32,000 bases of DNA from assembly GCF_036323395.1 (NCBI RefSeq), contig NZ_AP028907.1, forward strand, positions 1,650,001 through 1,682,000, in the 5' to 3' direction. Under the pieces are notes generated by a model. That model ran no database searches and had not been told where the DNA came from. It saw only the letters and a program-made list of their open reading frames with translations. Source of the DNA: Pyrodictium abyssi. GTDB taxonomy: Archaea; Thermoproteota; Thermoprotei_A; Sulfolobales; Pyrodictiaceae. Positions 24,835 to 32,000 of this stretch are shown here, piece by piece (positions within the stretch are counted from its first letter, which is position 1; each line of letters begins with the position of its first letter). Both the position numbers and the translations under genes were made by a program.

Positions 24835-25773
24835 TCAGCCTTCCCGGCTAGACAGCGCTTCTCGGCCCCGATGCTCGTAGGCGATAACAGCTGCTCCCGC
24901 AAACGCAGCGAAGGCTACACGCAGTATCTGGGCACGTGTAGGCTCAATGCTGTACGAGACCTCCAACTTCACTATGCTTGACGGGCCATGGTACCGTACC
25001 CCCGGCTGCCTATACTCGAAAATGCCTCCGAGGATCTCTGCGAGCGAGAGTGCTCCCGCCACCCTTACACCCTCCTCACGTAGCTCACTCACCGTGCTAA
25101 CAATGCCCCCCACGACGCCAGCGAGCGTCGATACAACGCCGTGGGCGAGGCTTATGAAGGCGCTGTCGCCCTGCCTATCCACTTCGATGGCGAAGCCTAC
25201 CGGTGTTGAGCCATTAATAACAGCGTAGACGAGGAGTACGTGGTCATCCCTCAGCTTCTCCGGAAGATTCACTGTAGAGCCGCATTCAATAATTGCGGTA
25301 GACTTGGCCTCTAGGAGGCCCAGTATCTCCTCCATAGAGCTCCAGTCTACCAGCGCGCTGACCGCCTCGACACCGGAGCTGGGCTCGCTACTTGATGGAT
25401 GCGTGAAGCGTACAGCAGAGACCACGGGTACTAGTGATTGACGCTTTGCCTCCTGGTACACCGGTGCAAGGCCCCCAGCGCCTATGATGTAGACGCGGCA
25501 TTCGAGCGTGTACCTGCTGCCCGGCAGTGGCTCCAGCTGGTATGCTACGTCGAACCCAGCAGGAGCCCGTGGAAGGTTCCAGCGTAGCAGATCATAGGGG
25601 TAGATCACGGCCACGTCGCGGGATAGGGTGAGCGATGCCACGATCCCCGGATCGACGGGGTGAAGGTATACCGTCGCCTGGCCCACCTTCCCGACAGCGA
25701 GCACAGCCACGACGTATACCAGCGAGGTCACAACAAGAGCCAGTGCTGCCACGATCAGCAGATAGCGGAGCAT
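24835..25773 (-). CDS. bitopic membrane protein with large extracytoplasmic domain (unknown family)
   Basis: ATG 25773 opens MLRYLLIVAALALVVTSLVYVVAVLAV (TM/signal anchor), 17 nt after the permease stop. It has a beta-rich middle and a second hydrophobic segment near the C-terminus (VAFAAFAGAAVIA). Confidence 0.6.
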   Translation of the reverse strand: MLRYLLIVAALALVVTSLVYVVAVLAVGKVGQATVYLHPVDPGIVASLTLSRDVAVIYPYDLLRWNLPRAPAGFDVAYQLEPLPGSRYTLECRVYIIGAGGLAPVYQEAKRQSLVPVVSAVRFTHPSSSEPSSGVEAVSALVDWSSMEEILGLLEAKSTAIIECGSTVNLPEKLRDDHVLLVYAVINGSTPVGFAIEVDRQGDSAFISLAHGVVSTLAGVVGGIVSTVSELREEGVRVAGALSLAEILGGIFEYRQPGVRYHGPSSIVKLEVSYSIEPTRAQILRVAFAAFAGAAVIAYEHRGREALSSREG

Positions 25774-25790
25774 GCCAGGCCACCCTCTGT

Positions 25791-26564
25791 CTAGTACTCC
25801 ATGTTTGAGGCTCGGAGATAGCCTAGGAGAAGGTATGCAGCGGCAGAGACGAGGCTCTGCACAAGGCATACGTTGAACACCGTCTCGGGGTCCTCTATGC
25901 CGGGGAGATTGCTATCAGTCATCGCTAGGGCATATTGCACGCTAAGCAGTGACATGATGGTGAGGACTGCTTCAACGCCGCCACCATTGGTCATAACCAT
26001 GATGACTAGCATGGACACGGGGACCAGCAGGGTCGCAGCGAGCATAGCGGCTGCTACTGCGCCTCGGCGGAGCGTGAAGGCCGAGACCATGAACGCCAGG
26101 GAGCCGAGCTGGAGAGTAGTCAGCGCATAGCTCGCCGCTAGCACTAGGCCTATCCCGAGCCTACCCGTACTCCTTGCCACGCTGAAGGGGCTTATCAGCG
26201 GCTCTACCAGGCTCTCCGGGTTGAGGACCAGCAGAGGGAACACTATGGAGAGGAAGACAGCGGCCGCCGGGTAGACGATGACTGCGAGTATCCATGCGAG
26301 CGCGTACTCGCTCCTACGGAGCCCTGCGGCGAGGTACAGCTGCGCCCTCCGGCTCACCACCTCCTCGGCGAAGCTGTAGGCTGCGCTAGTAGCCGCGGAG
26401 AGGCCATAGGCGAGGCTGTACAAGGTGTAGAACAGCACTGCTATGAGTTCGCTATACATGCTAGCTGCCGCAAGGCCCGCTGCGGACACGGCCACGACTA
26501 GCACGGGCCTCGCGACCTGGGCTAGGATGAAGTCGGCCTGGAGGAGGACCCGGCGTAGCCTCAA
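25791..26564 (-). CDS. ABC-2 type transporter permease
   Basis: 257-aa protein with 6 TM segments. The TTG start overlaps the ATPase stop by 4 nt (cTTGA). Confidence 0.75.
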   Translation of the reverse strand: MRLRRVLLQADFILAQVARPVLVVAVSAAGLAAASMYSELIAVLFYTLYSLAYGLSAATSAAYSFAEEVVSRRAQLYLAAGLRRSEYALAWILAVIVYPAAAVFLSIVFPLLVLNPESLVEPLISPFSVARSTGRLGIGLVLAASYALTTLQLGSLAFMVSAFTLRRGAVAAAMLAATLLVPVSMLVIMVMTNGGGVEAVLTIMSLLSVQYALAMTDSNLPGIEDPETVFNVCLVQSLVSAAAYLLLGYLRASNMEY

Positions 26565-27490
26565 GCACCGCCACCCGTTATGGACACGTAGAGCTGCTCT
26601 ATGCTCCCAGTTCGCAGCGTGTACGATTCCACGAGGCCTTCGGCCTTCAGCCTGCTGAGCAGCTCCTCCACCTCGGGGCCGGGCCTCGCCTTGACGAGAA
26701 GTCTCGAGTCGCCGACGACCTCTACGCCGCGTACAACATCCTCAGCTATGAGCCTCGCAGCAGCCCGGCGAGCGGCGCGGGGCGCTGTGCTGATCTCGTA
26801 GACCCCTTCTGCCCTGTACCTTTTGACGAGTTCTGGCAGTGGTCCGTGAACAGCTACCCTGCCCTGCACAAGCACAACGAGGTAGTTTGCAACCCTCTGC
26901 ATCTCTGGGAGGATGTGGGTCGAGACCACTATTGTCGTGGAGAGGTCGCTCCCGATCGACCTGATGAGGTCTAGTATCTCGAGCCGAGCCGCCGGGTCGA
27001 GGTTGGTCGTCGGCTCGTCGAGCAGCATGAGCTCCGGCTCGCCTAGCAGCGCGTAGGCAAGGCCTAGGCGCTGGAGGTAGCCCCGGGACAGGGAGCCTAT
27101 GCGGGCCGAGAGGTAGCCCGTTAGCCCGACGACGCGGGCCCAGCGCCTAGCCTCCCCGTAGGGGTCCGGGAGGCCGAGTAGCCGGGCCCCGTGGACCAGC
27201 AGTTTCTCGACACTAACATTCAAGGGGTAAACGGGGCGCTCCGGCAGATAGCCTATCCTGGCGCGCACCTCCCCGCTGTTCCACGGCACGACGCCCAGCA
27301 CCTCTACGCGGCCACGCGTGGGAGTAGCAAAGCCCATCGCCAGGCGGAGGCTCGTGGTCTTACCTGAGCCGTTAGGCCCCACGATGCCGGCCAGCGCCCC
27401 CTCTGGGATAGAGAAGCTGGCACCTTGCAGGGCTGCGGCGCCGCCGGGGAAGATCTTCCACACGTTCTCGAAGACTACGGCGAGGCCCAA
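26561..27490 (-). CDS. ABC transporter ATP-binding protein
   Basis: Walker A GPNGSGKTT, signature LSRGYLQR, Walker B LMLLDEP, H-loop STHIL. Confidence 0.9.
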   Translation of the reverse strand: MGLAVVFENVWKIFPGGAAALQGASFSIPEGALAGIVGPNGSGKTTSLRLAMGFATPTRGRVEVLGVVPWNSGEVRARIGYLPERPVYPLNVSVEKLLVHGARLLGLPDPYGEARRWARVVGLTGYLSARIGSLSRGYLQRLGLAYALLGEPELMLLDEPTTNLDPAARLEILDLIRSIGSDLSTTIVVSTHILPEMQRVANYLVVLVQGRVAVHGPLPELVKRYRAEGVYEISTAPRAARRAAARLIAEDVVRGVEVVGDSRLLVKARPGPEVEELLSRLKAEGLVESYTLRTGSIEQLYVSITGGGA

Positions 27491-27613
27491 GACGCTGGCA
27501 CCAGGCCCGGGAGGAGGCTCCTAGTCTGGACTAGGGGTGCTCGGCACCATAAGCTACAGCTATCCAGGGGACGCTATTATGTTTATATCATCTACGCTGT
27601 GCGGGCGCTATAG

Positions 27614-28519
27614 CTATGCTGTGCTAGGGCTGCCTTCGCGGGTCAGCGGGTGGCGGCCGCCGTACTCGCAGCTCCTGCACGGCGGCCTTGCAGGCTTGGC
27701 CGGGGGCCGTGGCGAGGCCAGCCAGTCGCCTATCTCGGGGAGGACGTGGTCCTCGAACCAGGCTGCTAGCTCTCCGGGGTCGAGGCGCTCCCGTAGCACA
27801 GTGGCGCCGGAGGCGTCGCGTACGAGGAGGACCGCCTCCTCTACGGGCCAGCGCTCCGAGAGTATCCAGGCGTAGGCTGCTAGCTGTGTCCGGGCTGCCC
27901 AGTAGCCGCGCTGGCGGCGGCGCATGAGCTGAGGCCTCGACGTCGTCTTGACCTCCACCACCCGTAGCCCGGCAGGGCTCCACTCCACCTGGTCGGGGAC
28001 GCCTATCACCGTGTAGACCCGGCCCCGGGGCTTGCGGGCTATGAGGGGCCACTCCTCCCGCCGGTAGTACTCCACGGGGTCGTCGGCCTCCGCGTAGCGG
28101 CGGAGCTGCCTCTCGTAGGCCCCGGGGTCTATGAGCCCGAGGACCGGTACGACGCCCTCCCGGTTGAGCCGTTGCATTTCCTCTGCGCCGCCCTGAGCGA
28201 GCCGGCGGGCCAGCGCGGCGCCCTGGAGCGCGTCGCCTATAGCCGAGCCGGGGTCCTCGCCGTGGAGGAGCCGGCCCCTTATAACCCGGATGAAGCTGTT
28301 CTTGGAGAACTCCGCCGCCCAGAGGAGGGCGAGCCCCCTCCAGGCCTCCAGGGGGAGCGAGTCTGGGCTCAGCCACCCGGCGTTGAAGAGGCTCGTGCTA
28401 TGCCAGGCCTTGATGCTGCACCAGTGCCAGGAGCCGAGGCTACTAGCAGCTACCACTGGCGGTCCGGCCTCGCGGGCCAGCCTACCCACCAGCGCTAGTG
28501 ACTCTTCCATGCATATCAT
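27614..28519 (-). CDS. PD-(D/E)XK nuclease, Cas4/RecB-exonuclease-like (orphan)
   Basis: N-terminal Cys (WHWCS), GRLLHGED, GVPDQVEW...LRVVEVKTTS (D...EVK), QLAAYAWIL (QxxxY), and C-terminal CRSCEY. Confidence 0.7.
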   Translation of the reverse strand: MICMEESLALVGRLAREAGPPVVAASSLGSWHWCSIKAWHSTSLFNAGWLSPDSLPLEAWRGLALLWAAEFSKNSFIRVIRGRLLHGEDPGSAIGDALQGAALARRLAQGGAEEMQRLNREGVVPVLGLIDPGAYERQLRRYAEADDPVEYYRREEWPLIARKPRGRVYTVIGVPDQVEWSPAGLRVVEVKTTSRPQLMRRRQRGYWAARTQLAAYAWILSERWPVEEAVLLVRDASGATVLRERLDPGELAAWFEDHVLPEIGDWLASPRPPAKPARPPCRSCEYGGRHPLTREGSPSTA

Positions 28520-28754
28520 TGCTCCTAGGCCTCGCGTAGACGCAGGCCTCTAACGGACGAAGCGCCCCTATGGAGCGGTGCTAGGCCGGCTGCTGGGCTA
28601 CGGTAATCGTGCATGCTCCGAGGACGCGGAGAGCCCCGGCCCCTCTACCCCGCGCCCCACAGACGCCCAGCCCACCCCGATAAATGGTGAGCTGCGGCGC
28701 CCCTATGGGCCCGGCGGATGGTCTAAGCGCCCAGGGCACCGGCGGGGCCCGCTG

Positions 28755-29411
28755 CTAGCTGCCTCCCTGTAGCATCTGCTGGAGCCGCTGAAGCGCCTCT
28801 CCGTGCTCCCTGGTCCACCTGCCCATGGCCTCCAGCTTCTGCCTTAGCCCCGGCTCTACATACCCGGTAAGCGCCTCCACGAGGAGCACTATGTCCCGGG
28901 CCGCTTCTTTGCGGCTCCGGTACTTGCTCAGCTCCGCCTCGGGGTCTGGGCCATGGTACTGGTAGTCGTGGAGGCTTAGCGCCGTGCTGGTAGCCTGGCT
29001 GAAGCCAGTGTACCCCACATCCTCTAGCAGCTGGCCGGGCGCCTTCAGCCTAGTGCTAGGCACCCTGGGGATACCCTTCTCCATTAGCCGTTTCCTCTCC
29101 TTCTCGCCCAGCTTCTCCAGTATCCTGTCCCGCTCGAGGGCCGGCAGCGCCCCGGTTAGCGCCCGCCACGCCTGGAGCGCCTTACCCGCAGCACTCCTCG
29201 TAAAGCCCCGGCCGAGGAACCTCAGCGCCAGCAAAGCCTCAAGCAGAGCCTCCAGAGCACGAGCAGCGGCATAGCCCACCAGGCCCCGCCGAGGCCGGGG
29301 CAGAGGCTGCTCAAGCAGGTCTAGGGAAGTCAACCGCGGTCCCCTGCACCATAGGCGAGTTGCCGGGCCGTGTACCTCCCGATGTGCATCTCGCCTCTGT
29401 AGCGGAGCCAC
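28755..29411 (-). CDS. PaREP1-family-like protein (helical, HEPN-like as I recall the family)
   Basis: AAGKALQAWRALTGAL ... ALSLHDYQYHGPD resembles the A.gKa.qAwkAl / LH.y.Y.G blocks of archaeal PaREP1/PaREP8 proteins. The first ~30 codons are doubtful and the start is probably internal. Confidence 0.5.
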   Translation of the reverse strand: MAPLQRRDAHREVHGPATRLWCRGPRLTSLDLLEQPLPRPRRGLVGYAAARALEALLEALLALRFLGRGFTRSAAGKALQAWRALTGALPALERDRILEKLGEKERKRLMEKGIPRVPSTRLKAPGQLLEDVGYTGFSQATSTALSLHDYQYHGPDPEAELSKYRSRKEAARDIVLLVEALTGYVEPGLRQKLEAMGRWTREHGEALQRLQQMLQGGS

Positions 29412-29508
29412 GCAAGCTATGCATGGGGCTCAGGGCCGACCGCTTCACGCCATTGGCCCCGGTGGGGCCTCGGCACTAAGCCATTTCTTCACCGCCAGCA
29501 GCCGGGGG

Positions 29509-29952
29509 CTAGCTCTCGCTGCTGGGCTGCGTGTACGTGTATACCTTTAAGCCCAGGGCCCCCTCTATGGCCTTGCTCTTCGCCGCTATGTCTCTGTCGA
29601 AGGTCGCTATGCCCTTGGCTCCGAGAAGGCGTGCGGACACTACGTGGAGGAGGTCGAGGGCGCGGAGACGCAGAGCGTGGGCACGTCTCTGGGCCTCCGT
29701 GAAGAGCCGGGAGCAGTCTACCTGCTCCACTCGGGCCCCCAGCTTGGCTAGGGAGTACTCCACGAGTGCCTCTAGCTCTACGTCGTCTAGGCCCATAACC
29801 CGGCTATAGACCGCGTAGAGCTCGAGGACAACAAGCTGCGAGACAACCAGCCCGTGGCCCCGGAGCCCCGCTATAAGCCTCTCCGCTGCCCCATGAAGGG
29901 GGTCTCTCCCATTGATGTAGGACACCACGACGTTCGTGTCAACGTATATCAA
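29509..29952 (-). CDS. vapC: PIN-domain ribonuclease toxin (VapC family)
   Basis: IYVDTNVVVSY, LVVLELY, ALDLLHVVSA and ATFDRDI. TTG start overlaps the antitoxin stop by 4 nt (TTGA). Confidence 0.9.
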   Translation of the reverse strand: MIYVDTNVVVSYINGRDPLHGAAERLIAGLRGHGLVVSQLVVLELYAVYSRVMGLDDVELEALVEYSLAKLGARVEQVDCSRLFTEAQRRAHALRLRALDLLHVVSARLLGAKGIATFDRDIAAKSKAIEGALGLKVYTYTQPSSES

Positions 29953-30203
29953 CGGGCCCGCTCCTCCTCGACATCCTCCGCCGTCGGCAGGTTCTCGTAA
30001 GGGATACCCTTCTCCATGAACTCCTTTACGAGCTTCTTCACAGCCCTCTTGCGCTCTACGAGCCTCCGCGCCTCCTCCAGGCCCATCTCTATCAGCATGT
30101 TGTATGCGTGGTTCCGGCTACGGGCTATGCCAAGCCTAACCATCTCCTCGGCGAGCTCGGCGACCTCCCGGCGGACCTTGATGGTGACAGCTACAAGCGC
30201 CAC
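29949..30203 (-). CDS. vapB: ribbon-helix-helix antitoxin (VapB)
   Basis: VAVTIKVRREVAELAEEMVRLGIARSRNHAYNMLIEMGL is an RHH pattern. GTG 30203 was chosen; the longer frame to 30386 is Arg/Pro/Gly-rich and overlaps padR. Confidence 0.75.
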   Translation of the reverse strand: MALVAVTIKVRREVAELAEEMVRLGIARSRNHAYNMLIEMGLEEARRLVERKRAVKKLVKEFMEKGIPYENLPTAEDVEEERAR

Positions 30204-30208
30204 AGGAT

Positions 30209-30226
30209 GGTACACCCGGGTACACC
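30209..30226. promoter_or_regulatory. tandem 8-mers GGTACACC-cg-GGTACACC (10-bp phasing), candidate VapB operator
   Basis: Exact 8-mers at 30209-30216 and 30219-30226, 6-23 nt upstream of the vapB start. An imperfect inverted copy (ggtgtcc) follows at ~30230-30236. Confidence 0.45.
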
Positions 30227-30327
30227 TGGGGTGTCCCCTGAGTGTATTAGGGCTTTCGCCTAGCCGCGCTCTACGACCACCCCCCGGGGCAGCTGCGCGG
30301 AGACGACCCGGGGGCAGGAATGAGCCT

Positions 30328-30741
30328 TCAGTCCCGGGGGCTAGGCAGCGTCTCCGAGCCCCGGCCCTCCTCGGCGCTGCAGACAACGCCTCCTATCAGG
30401 GCTCTGAGCTCCTTGACGAGCCTGCGGAGCGCCTCTTCGGCGCCGGGCCGGGCCCGGTAGTACTTCCTCATCGTGCCGGCTGGGCTCCGCGCCCAGTAGC
30501 TCTCTAGGAGGCCAAGCTTCTCCAGCCTCTTCAGCACGTCGTACACCGTGCTCTCGCTGGGCGCTAGCCCGGGCGCAGCCTCCTCCAGGTAGCGGCGCAC
30601 AGCGTAGCCGTGCAGGGGGCCACGGCGGGCTAGGAGGTCGAGCACCACGATGCTGTAGAGCCCGACCCTCAGGTCGCGGAGCAGCTTCTCGACAGCCCGG
30701 TCCACGCCCGGCACCGGCCCCACACGTGCATACCCGGTCAC
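30328..30741 (-). CDS. PadR-family transcriptional regulator
   Basis: IVVLDLLARRGPLHGYAVRRYLEE...STVYDVLKRLEKLGLLESYW...RKYY. Confidence 0.9.
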   Translation of the reverse strand: MTGYARVGPVPGVDRAVEKLLRDLRVGLYSIVVLDLLARRGPLHGYAVRRYLEEAAPGLAPSESTVYDVLKRLEKLGLLESYWARSPAGTMRKYYRARPGAEEALRRLVKELRALIGGVVCSAEEGRGSETLPSPRD

Positions 30742-30751
30742 GCCCCGCTGC

Positions 30752-31654
30752 TCAGTATATCTCTGGAGGCTCCTCAGCCGGCTCCCCGTTCAGGGCCAGT
30801 CTGTAGCCGCGCCGCCCCGCGTAGACGGCTATAGCGGCTGCTACTGCTAGGAAGCCTAGCGAAGCAGCCAGCCCCGCCGGCGGGGCTAGCAGCGGGCTCT
30901 CCTCGACAGCGGCGTAGGCGAGGCCAGCCACAGCGTTCACCACGCCGTGCGTCACAGCCGGGGCTGCCACTGTGCCAGAGAGCGCCCGGAGCAGGGCGAG
31001 CACGAGGCCGCCGGACACCGTGAATACCAGGAACGCTAGGAGCGACGCCAGCCCGGTCAAGCCGCTGTAGTTGTAGCCCATGAGGGCTACCAGCGGGGCG
31101 TGCCAGAGCCCCCAGACCAGGCCGACTAGCACCGAGGCCCAGGCGAACCCCAGCCTGGAGCCGAGCCGGGCCAGGAGGTAGCCCCGCCAACCGGTCTCCT
31201 CGCCCAGCGCGAGCAGAGCATTCAACGTGGAGCCCGCCACCACGGCTTGCAGGAGCATCAGAGCCAGCAGGAAGGGCGCCGGCAGGGGAGGCTCCATGCC
31301 GCTGAGGAGCAGCCCCACAATCTCCCCGGGGCCGCGGAGCCGGAGCCCTAGAAGCGGGCTAACCAGGACCGCTACCCCGTAGGCAGCTAGGGGGACAGCA
31401 GCTGAGGCCGCTACTACGCCAGCGCGGCCCCTCCGTAGGCCTATACTGCGGAGGCCCTCCCGGACCCCATATCCCTCGCAGGCCAGCGCCGCCACGGCGC
31501 CGGCGAAGGGCGTGTACATCCGGGCAGCAGCCGCAAGGACAAACACGAGCCGGTCTCCGGCGTGGGGCAGGATTACGAGGAAGTCGATAGCATAGCCGAG
31601 GCCGAACGAGACAGCTATGAACACTAGGACCCCGGCTAGGCTCCTACCCGGCAC
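30752..31654 (-). CDS. CPBP-family intramembrane glutamic endopeptidase (CAAX protease / Abi family)
   Basis: Motifs EETGWRGY (EExxxR), WGLWHAP (FxxxH-like) and THGVVNA (HxxxN) in a multi-TM protein. Confidence 0.9.
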   Translation of the reverse strand: MPGRSLAGVLVFIAVSFGLGYAIDFLVILPHAGDRLVFVLAAAARMYTPFAGAVAALACEGYGVREGLRSIGLRRGRAGVVAASAAVPLAAYGVAVLVSPLLGLRLRGPGEIVGLLLSGMEPPLPAPFLLALMLLQAVVAGSTLNALLALGEETGWRGYLLARLGSRLGFAWASVLVGLVWGLWHAPLVALMGYNYSGLTGLASLLAFLVFTVSGGLVLALLRALSGTVAAPAVTHGVVNAVAGLAYAAVEESPLLAPPAGLAASLGFLAVAAAIAVYAGRRGYRLALNGEPAEEPPEIY

Positions 31655-31667
31655 CCCGCGGCGCCCC

Positions 31668-31997
31668 CTAGGCCGGCTCCACTACGACCGCCGTGCCGTA
31701 GGCTAGGACCTCGGCCGCGTACTGCGAGATAGCCGAGGTAGACAGCCTCAACCCGAGGACCGCATTCGCGCCCATCTCCCGGGCCTTCTCGGCGAGCCTC
31801 CGTAGGGCTAGCTCCCGGGCCTCAGCCAGCATCTCCGTGTACTCCTTCACCTCGCCGCCCATTAGGTTCCTAACGAACGCTACAATGTCCTTGCCAATAT
31901 GCTTCGCTAGTACCGCGCTAGCGCTCACGACGCCCAGCACGCGTACAACACGGTAGCCCGGGAGCTGCTCCAGCGTGGAGAGTATGACTTCCTGCAC
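31668..31997 (-). CDS. YbjQ/UPF0145 family protein
   Basis: LPGYRVVRVLGVVSA...MGGEVKEYTEMLAEARELALRRLAEKAREMGANAVLGLRL...AYGTAVVV. The GTG start is 3 nt from the window edge. Confidence 0.8.
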   Translation of the reverse strand: MQEVILSTLEQLPGYRVVRVLGVVSASAVLAKHIGKDIVAFVRNLMGGEVKEYTEMLAEARELALRRLAEKAREMGANAVLGLRLSTSAISQYAAEVLAYGTAVVVEPA

Positions 31998-32000
31998 CTG

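Overview
This is a high-G+C archaeal chromosomal segment. It looks like a hyperthermophilic crenarchaeon of the Desulfurococcales type (Aeropyrum/Pyrolobus/Hyperthermus-like). The grounds are ATA/AGG/CTA-rich codon usage, many GTG/TTG starts, TATA boxes about 25-30 nt before start codons, a tRNA with a non-canonical intron, and PaREP1 and Arch-ATPase/DUF234 families. The organism cannot be confirmed without a database search. Positions 1-17.9 kb are mostly housekeeping or transport genes: a TauE-like permease (broken), PEBP, MoaB, MTA/SAH deaminase, an ABC-2 exporter (ATPase frameshifted), BioY, two tandem eIF-2B-family paralogs, an MFS transporter, a DUF123 GIY-YIG protein, myo-inositol-1-phosphate synthase, a GltD-like flavoprotein, a PsiE-like protein and CutA. 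Two VapBC-type toxin-antitoxin cassettes sit among these, one intact and A+T-rich, one with a decayed toxin. After tRNA-Lys(CUU) at 17945-18052 the content turns accessory: GNAT, a disrupted ORF, an Arch-ATPase/DUF234 protein, endonuclease III and a GT4 glycosyltransferase. Next comes a ~470-bp gene-free stretch with telomere-like GGGGTT G-tracts and nested repeats, then a divergent pair of ribbon-helix-helix genes. The window ends with an 11-gene array, all on the minus strand: PH-SHOCT protein, ABC-2 exporter plus bitopic membrane protein, orphan Cas4-like nuclease, PaREP1-family protein, VapBC, and PadR-CPBP(Abi)-YbjQ. No CRISPR array, rRNA, transposase or integrase was seen. The best candidates for something undescribed are the G-tract/repeat locus with its RHH pair (22.8-24.0 kb) and the conflict-type gene array (24.1-31.7 kb). 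Both are hypotheses resting on motif reading only. Four genes carry frame disruptions, at least two of them at homopolymer runs, so sequence quality must be checked before they are called pseudogenes.
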